Shown here piece after piece: positions 56,071 through 64,000 of a stretch of DNA of 64,000 bases. The position numbers and the translations under genes were made by a program. The stretch lies in the NCBI GenBank assembly GCA_964016885.1, contig OZ024740.1:251720001-251784000 (forward strand). The letters run 5' to 3'. Source of the DNA: Eledone cirrhosa. Its lineage: Eukaryota. Every line of letters begins with the position of its first letter. Position 1 is the stretch's first letter. Below the pieces are notes generated by a model that saw only the letters and a program-made list of their open reading frames with translations, ran no database searches and was not told the origin of the DNA.

Positions 56071-59000
56071 AAATTATCTACCCTTGGCTTGCTGGAAATT
56101 ATCTCAACTCGGCCGGCTGGATACTATCTCCCCTTGGCCGGCTGGAAATTATCTCCCCTTAGCCGGCTGGAAATTATCTCCCCTTGGCCGGCTGGATAAT
56201 ATCTCCCCTTGGCCGGCTGGAAATTATGTTCTCTCGGCCGGCTGGAAATTATGTTCTCTCGGCCGGCTGGAAATTATCTCCCCTTGGCCGGCTGGAAATT
56301 ATCTCCCCTTGGCCGGCTGGATATTATCTCCCCTTGGCCGGCTGGATGTTATCTCCCCTTGGCCAGCTAGAAATTATCTCCCCTTGGCCGGCTGGAAATT
56401 ATCTTCCCTTGGCCGGCTGGAAATTATCTCACTTTGGCCGGCTGGATATTATCTCCCCTTGGCCGGCTGGATGTTATGTCCCCTTGGCCGGCTGGATATT
56501 ATCTCCCCTTGGCCGGCAGGAAATTATATCCCCTTGGCCGGCTGGAATTTATCTCCCCTTGGCCGGCTGGAATTTATCTCCCCTTGGCCGGCTGGAATTT
56601 ATATCCCCTTGCCCGGCTCGAAAATATCTCCCCTAAATTAAATTAAATTAAATTAAATTAAATCAAATTAATTAAATTAATTAATTAATTAATTATATTT
56701 TTTTTATTTTATCTATTTTTTTTTTTTTTGATTACGTTATTAATTAATTAATTAATTATGTAAATTGATTTTATTTCAATTTAATGTAATTTAATTTAAT
56801 TTAATTTAATTTACTTTAATTCAATTCAATTTAATTTAATTTAATTTAATGTAATTTACTTTAATTCAATTTAATTTAATTTAATTTAATTTAATTTAAT
56901 TTTATTTTATTTCATTTAAAAAACGAAACGAAACCGGTGTGCCTAAAAAAACAAAAGAAAAGAAACCGGGGTACCTAAAAAATCAAACGAAACGAAATTA
57001 TCTCCCCTTGGCCTGCTGGATATTATCTCCCCTTGGCCAGCTGGAAATAATCTCCCCTTGGCCGGCTGGAAATTATGTCCCCTTGGCCGGCTCGAAATTA
57101 TCTCCCCTAAATTAAATTAAATTAAATTAAATTAAATTAAATCAAATTAATTAAATTAATTAATTAATTAATTTTATTTTTTTATTCTAATTATTTTTAT
57201 TTTTTTATTAATTACGTTATTAATTAATAAATTAATTATGTTAATTGATTTTATTTCAATCCAATGTAATTTAATTTAATTTAATTTTATTTTATTTTAT
57301 TTTATATTATTTTATATTATTTTATATAAAAAACGAAACAAAACCGAGGTGCCTAAAAAAACAAACGAAAAGAAACCGGGGAACCTAAAAAATCAAACGA
57401 AACGAAATTATCTCCCCTTGGCCGGCTGGATATTATCTCCCCTTGGCCGACTGCAAATTATCTTCTCTAGGCCGGCTGGAAATTATCTCCCCTTGGCGGG
57501 CTGGAAATTATCTCCCATTGGCTGGCTGGAAATTATCACCCCTAGGCCGGCTGGGAATTAACTCCACTTGGCTGGCTAGAAACTATCTTCCTTTGGCCGG
57601 CTGGATATTATCTCCCCTTGGCCGGCTGGAAATAATCTCCCCTTGGCCGGCTGGAAATTATGTCCCCTTAGCCGGCTCGAAATTATCTCCCCTAAATTAA
57701 ATTAAATTAAATCAAATTAATTAAATTAATTAATTAATTAATTTTATTTTTTTTATTCTAATCATTTTTATTTTTTTTATTAATTACGTTATTAATTAAT
57801 TAATTAATTATGTTAATTGATTTTATTTCAATCCAATGTAATTTAATTTAATTTAATTTAATTTAATTTAATTTAATTTTATTTTATTTTATTTAAAAAA
57901 CGAAACGAAACCGGTGTACCTAAAAAAACGAACGAAAAGAAACCGGGGTACCTAAAAAAACGAACGAAAAGAAACCGGGGAACCTAAAAAATCGAACGAA
58001 ATGAAATTATCTCCCCTTGGCTTGCTGGAAATTATCTCAACTCGGCCGGCTGGATACTATCTCCCCTTGGCCGGCTGGAAATTATCTCCCCTTAGCCGGC
58101 TGGAAATTATCTCCCCTTGGCCGGCTGGATAATATCTCCCCTTGGCCGACTGGAAATTATGTTCTCTTGGCCGGCTGGAAATTATCTCCCCATGGCCGGC
58201 TGGAAATTATCTCCCCTTGGCCGGGTGGATATTATCTCCCCTTGGCCGGCTGGCTGTTATCTCCCCTTGGCCAGCTAGAAATTATCTCCCCTTGGCCGGC
58301 TGGAAATTATCTTCTCTTGGCCGGCTGGAAATTATCTCCCTTTGGCCGGCTGGATATTATCTCCCCTTGGCCGACTGGATATTATCTCCCCTTGGCCGGC
58401 TGGAAATAATCTCCCCTTGGCCGGCTGGAAATTATGTCCCCTTAGCCGGCTCGAAATTATCTCCCCTAAATTAAATTAAATTAATTAAATTAAATTAAAT
58501 CAAATTAATTAAATTAATTAATTAATTAATTTTATTTTTTTTATTCTAATCATTTTTTTTTTTTTTATTAATTACGTTATTAATTAATTAATTAATTATG
58601 TTAATTGATTTTATTTCAATCCAATGTAATTTAATTTAATTTAATTTAATTTAATTTTATTTTATTTTATTTTATTTAAAAAACGAAACGAAACCGGGGT
58701 ACCTAAAAAAACGAACGAAAAGAAACCGGGGAACCTAAAAAATCGAACGAAATAAAATTATCTCCCCTTGGCTTGCTGGAAATTATCTCAACTCGGCCGG
58801 CTGGATACTATCTCCCCTTGGCCGGCTGGAAATTATCTCCCCATGGCCGGCTGGAAATTATGTCCCCTTGGCCGGGTGGATATTATCTCCCCTTGGCCGG
58901 CTGGATGTTATCTCTCCTTGGCCAGCTAGAAATTATCTCCCCTTGGCCGGCTGGAAATTATCTTCTCTTGGCCGGCTGGAAATGATCTCCCTTTGGCCGG

Positions 59001-62000
59001 CTGGATATTATCTCCCCTTGGCCGGCTGGATATGATCTCCCCTTGGCCGGCTGGAAATTATCTCCCCTTGGCCGGTTGGAAATTATCTCCCCTTGGCCGG
59101 CTGTAAATTATCTCCCCTTGGCCGGCTGGAAATTATCGCCCCTTGGCCGGCTGGATGTTATGTCCCCTTGGCCGGCTCGATGATATTTCCCGTTGGCCAG
59201 CAGGAAATTATATCCCCTTGGCCGGCTGGAAATAATCTCCCCTTGGCCGGCCGGAAATTATCTCCCTTTGGCCGGCTTGATATTATCTCCCCTTGGCCGG
59301 CTGGAATTTATCTCCCCTTGGCCGGCTGGAATTTATATCCCTTTGCCCGGCTCGAAAATATCTCCCCTAAATTAAATTAAATTAAATTAAATTAAATCAA
59401 ATTAATTAAATTAATTAATTAATTCATTTTATTTTTTTTTATTAATTACGTTATTAATTAATTAATTATGTTAATTGATTTTATTTCAATCCAATGTAAT
59501 TTAATTTAATTTAATTTAAATTTATTTTATTTTATTTTATTTTATTTAAAAAACGAAACAAAACCGTGTTACCTAAAAAAACAAACGAAAAGAAACTGGG
59601 GAACCTAAAAAATCAAACGAAACGAAATTATCTCCCCTTGGTCTGCTGGAAATTATCTCCCCTTGGCCGGCTGGATATTATCTCCCCTTGGCCGACTGCA
59701 AATTATCTTCTCTTGGCCGGCTGGAAATTATCTCCCTTTGGCCGGCTGGAAATTATCTCCCCTTGGCCGGCTGGAAATTATCTCCCATTGGCTGGCTGGA
59801 AATTATCACCCCTAGGCCGGCTGGGAATTAACTCCACTTAGCTGGCTAGAAACTATCTTCCCTTGGCCGGCTGGATATTATCTCCCCTTGGCCGGCTGGA
59901 AATAATCTCCCCTTGGCCGGCTGGAAATTATGTCCCCTTAGCCGGCTCGAAATTATCTCCCCTAAATTAAATTAAATTAATTAAATTAAATTAAATTAAA
60001 TCAAATTAATTAAATTAATTAATTAATTAATTTTATTTTTTTTATTCTAATCATTTTTATTTTTTTTATTAATTACGTTATTAAATAATTAATTAATTAT
60101 GTTAATTGATTTTATTTCAATCCAATGTAATTTAATTTAATTTAATTTAATTTAATTTAATTTAATTTAATTTTATTTTATTTTATTTAAAAAACGAAAC
60201 GAAACCGGGGTACCTAAAAAAACGAACGAAAAGAAACCGGGGAACCTAAAAAATCGAACGAAATGAAATTATCTCCCCTTGGCTTGATGGAAATTATCTC
60301 AACTCGGCCGGCTGGATACTATCTCCCCTTGGCCGGCTGGAAATTATCTCCCCTTAGCCGGCTGGAAATTATCTCCCCTTGGCCGGCTGGATAATATCTC
60401 CCCTTGGCCGGCTGGAAATTATCTTCTCTTGGCCGGCTGGAAATTATCTCCCTTTGGCCGGCTGGATATTATCTCCCCTTGGCAGGCTGGATATGATCTC
60501 CGCTTGGCCGGCTGGAAATTATCTCCCCTTGGCCGGTTGGAAATTATCTCCCCTTGGCCGGCTGGAAATTATCTCCCCTTGGCCGGCTGGAAATTATAGC
60601 CCCTTGGCCGGCTGGATGTTATGTCCCCTTGGCCGGCTGGATATTATCTCCCCTTGGCCGGCAGGAAATTATATCCCCTTGGCCGGCTGGAAATAATCTC
60701 CCCTTGGCCGGCCGGAAATTATCTCCCTTTGGCCGGCTGGATATTATCTCCCCTCGGCCGGCTGGAAATTATCTCCCCTTGGCCGGCTGGAATTTATATC
60801 CCTTTGCCCGGCTCGAAAATATCTCCCCTAAATTAAATTAAATTAAATTAAATTAAATCAAATTAATTAAATTATTTAATTAATTATGTAAATTGATTTT
60901 ATTTCAATTTAATGTAATTTAATTTAATTTAATTTACTTTAATTCAATTCAATTTAATTTAATTTAATTTAATTTAATTTAATTTACTTTAATTCAATTT
61001 AATTTAATTTAATTTAATTTAATTTAATTTTATTTTATTTCATTTAAAAAACGAAACGAAACCGGTGTGCCTAAAAAAACAAAAGAAAAGAAACCGGGGA
61101 ACCTAAAAAATCAAACGAAACGAAATTATCTCCCCTTGGCCTGCTGGATATTATCTCCCCTTGGCCAGCTGGAAATAATCTCCCCTTGGCCGGCTGGAAA
61201 TTATGTCCCCTTGGCCGGCTCGAAATTATCTCCCCTGAATTAAATTAAATTAAATTAAATTAAATTAAATTAAATCAAATTAATTAAATTAATTAATTAA
61301 TTTTATTTTTTTTATTCTAATTATTTTTATTTTTTTTTTATTAATTACGTTATTAATTAATTAATTAATTATGTTAATTGATTTTATTTCAATCCAATGT
61401 AATTTAATTTAATTTTATTTTATTTTATTTTATTTTATATTATTTTATATTATTTTATTTAAAAAAGGAAACTAAACCGAGGTACCTAAAAAAACAAACG
61501 AAAAGAAACCGGGGAACCTAAAAAATCAAACGAAACGAAATTATCTCCCCTTGGCCGGCTGGATATTATCTCCCCTTGGCCGACTGCAAATTATCTTCTC
61601 TAGGCCGGCTGGAAATTATCTACCCTTGGCCGGCTGGAAATTATCTCCCATTGGCTGGCTGGAAATTATCACCCCTAGGCCGGCTGGGAATTAACTCCAC
61701 TTGGCTGGCTAGAAACTATCTTCCTTTGGCCGGCTGGATATTATCTCCCCTTGGCCGGCTGGAAATAATCTCCCCTTGGCCGGCTGGAAATTATGTCCCC
61801 TTAGCCGGCTCGAAATTATCTCCCCTAAATTAAATTAAATTAAATTAAATTAAATTAAATTAAATCAAATTAATTTAATTAATTAATTAATTAATTAATT
61901 TTTTTTTTTTTATTCTAATCATTTTTATTTTTTTTTATTAATTACGTTATTAATTAATTAATTATGTTAATTGATTTTATTTCAATCCAATGTAATTTAA

Positions 62001-63756
62001 TTTAATTTAATTTAATTTAATTTAATTTAATTTAATTTTATTTTATTTTATTTTATTTAAAAAACGAAACGAAACCGGGGTACCTAAAAAAACGAACGAA
62101 AAGAAACCGGGGAACCTAAAAAATCGAACGAAATGAAATTATCTCCCCTTGGCTTCATGGAAATTATCTCAACTCGGCCGGCTGGATACTATCTCCCCTT
62201 GGCCGGCTGGAAATTATCTCCCCTTAGCCGGCTGGAAATTATCTCCCCTTGGCCGGCTGGATAATATCTCCCCTTGGCCGGCTGGAAATTATGTTCTCTT
62301 GGCCGGCTGGAAATTATCTCCCCATGGCCGGCTGGAAATTATCTCCCGTTGGCCGGGTGGATATTATCTCCCCTTGGCCGGCTGGATGTTATCTCCCCTT
62401 GGCCAGCTAGAAATTATCTCCCCTTGGCCGGCTGGAAATCATCTTCTCTTGGCCGGCTGGAAATTATCTCCCTTTGGCCGGCTGGATATTATCTCCCCTT
62501 GGCCGGCTGGATATGATCTCCCCTTGGCCGGCTGGAAATTATCTCCCCTTGGCCGGTTGGAAATTATCTCCCCTTGGCCGGCTGTAAATTATCTCCCCTT
62601 GGCCGGCTGGAAATTATCGCCCCTTGGCCGGCTGGATGTTATGTCCCCTTGGCCGGCTGGATATTATCTCCCCTTGGCCGGCAGGAAATTATATCCCCTT
62701 GGCCGGCTGGAAATAATCTCCCCTTGGCCGGCCGGAAATTATCTCCCTTTGGCCGGCTTGATATTATCTCCCCTCGGCCGGCTGGAAATTATCTCCCCTT
62801 GGCCGGCTGGAATTTATCTCCCCTTGGCCGGCTGGAATTTATATCCCTTTGCCCGGCTCGAAAATATCTCCCCTAAATTAAATTAAATTAAATTAAATTA
62901 AATCAAATTAATTAAATTAATTAATTAATTCATTTTATTTTTTTTATTCTAATTATTTTTATTTTTTTTTATTAATTACGTTATTAATTAATTATGTTAA
63001 TTGATTTTATTTGAATCCAATGTAATTTAATTTAATTTAATTTAATTTAATTTAATTTAATTTTATTTTATTTTATTTAAAAAACGAAACAAAACCGTGT
63101 TACCTAAAAAAACAAACGAAAAGAAACTGGGGAACCTAAAAAATCAAACGAAAAGAAACTGGGGAACCTAAAAAATCAAACGAAACGAAATTATCTCCCC
63201 TTGGTCTGCTGGAAATTATCTCCCCTTGGCCGGCTGGATATTATCTCCCCTTTTCGACTGCAAATGATCTTCTCTTGGCCGGCTGGAAATTATCTCCCTT
63301 TGGCCGGCTGGAAATTATCTCCCCTTGGCCGGCTGGAAATTATCTCCCATTGGCTGGCTGGAAATTATCACCCCTAGGCCGGCTGGAAATTAACTTCACT
63401 TGGCTGGCTAGAAACTATCTTCCCTTGGCCGGCTGGATATTATCTCCCCTTGGCTGGCTGGAAATAATCTCCCCTTGGCCGGCTGGAAATTATGTCCCCT
63501 TAGCCGGCTCGAAATTATCTCCCCTAAATTAAATTAGATTAATTAAATTAAATTAAATTAAATCAAATTAATTAAATTAATTAATTAATTAATTTTATTT
63601 TTTTTATTCTAATCATTTTTATTTTTTTTTATTAATTACGTTATTAATTAATTAATTAATTATGTTAATTGATTTTATTTCAATCCAATGTAATTTAATT
63701 TAATTTAATTTAATTTAATTTAATTTAATTTTGTTTTATTTTATTTTATTTTATTT
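55994..63756 (+). repeat. Domain-B higher-order duplication (~55,994-60,188 vs ~60,189-63,756)
   Basis: Unit-type order L-S-M-L-L-M versus L-S-M-L-M. Diagnostic heads are shared (CCGGTGTGCC at ~56934/~61042; CCGTGTTACC with AACTGGGG at ~59564/~63095). Confidence 0.8.
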
Positions 63757-64000
63757 AAAAAACGAAACGAAACCGTGGTACCTAAAAAAACGAACGAAAA
63801 GAAACCGGGGAACCTAAAAAATCGAACGAAATGAAATTATCTCCCCTTGGCTTGCTGGAAATTATCTCAACTCGGCCGGCTGGATACTATCTCCGCTTGG
63901 CCGGCTGGATATTATCTCCCCTTGGCCGGCTGGATGTTATCTCCCCATGGCCAGCTAGAAATTATCTCCCCTTGGCCGGCTGGAAATTATCTTCTCTTGG

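Larger units (their letters stand above)
50671..64000 (+). repeat. Satellite domain B: tandem tripartite units (head + 25-bp GGCCGG monomer array + AT-rich spacer)
   Basis: Monomer AAATTATCTCCCCTTGGCCGGCTGG. 19 heads start at about 50970, 51531, 52521, 53224, 54108, 54854, 55409, 55994, 56918, 57328, 57895, 58678, 59547, 60189, 61026, 61461, 62059, 63079 and 63757, each preceded by an AT-rich spacer. The array continues beyond the right edge. Confidence 0.97.

Noticed and set aside
56040-56634. Pol III A-box/B-box or tRNA-derived SINE (TGGCCGGCTGG similar to an A box; GTTCGATT on the minus strand of the head; T-runs as terminators)
   Set aside because: Both motifs miss consensus positions and lie on opposite strands, and no cloverleaf is evident.
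58-63532. All listed ORFs as protein-coding genes
   Set aside because: They are translations of the satellite monomers, mostly from TTG starts. They overlap in several frames with the same peptide, are broken by homopolymer length changes, and resemble no protein family I recognise.
50970-64000. CRISPR array with leader (AT-rich region + head + repeats)
   Set aside because: There are no unique spacers: the sequence between cores is a near-constant 12-mer. Unit size is too small and no cas genes are present.
1-64000. Pure sequencing or assembly artefact, or synthetic low-complexity sequence
   Set aside because: Hierarchical shared variants and reproducible homopolymer patterns indicate real evolutionary structure. 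The exact copy number of the large blocks still needs read support.

Overview
The whole 64-kb window is non-coding tandem-repeat (satellite) DNA in one orientation. I found no unique sequence, credible gene, RNA gene or transposase. Everything is built on one core, AAATTATCTCCCC. Domain A (1 to ~50,670) is a homogeneous composite satellite. It alternates runs of a 25-bp 'G' monomer (AAATTATCTCCCCTTGGACGGCTGG) with runs of a 26-30-bp 'T' monomer (AAATTATCTCCCCCTGA-T7..11-AC). These form stereotyped cassettes, ~1.5-1.65-kb higher-order repeats (HORs) and nested duplications at ~2, ~6, ~10 and ~27-29 kb offsets. Domain B (~50,670 to 64,000) is more diverged and uses the GGCCGG form of the 25-mer. 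It is organised as 19 head-to-tail tripartite units of ~410-1,020 bp: a conserved ~76-bp CGAA/CCGGGG-rich head, a polarised array of 4 to ~30 monomers, and a ~180-285-bp almost pure A/T fold-back spacer with a central ACGT palindrome. The listed ORFs are artefacts of a monomer that has no stop codon on the + strand. The organism cannot be identified from the sequence; a eukaryotic heterochromatic, centromeric or subtelomeric origin is an inference. Coordinates were read by eye and are approximate to a few bases.
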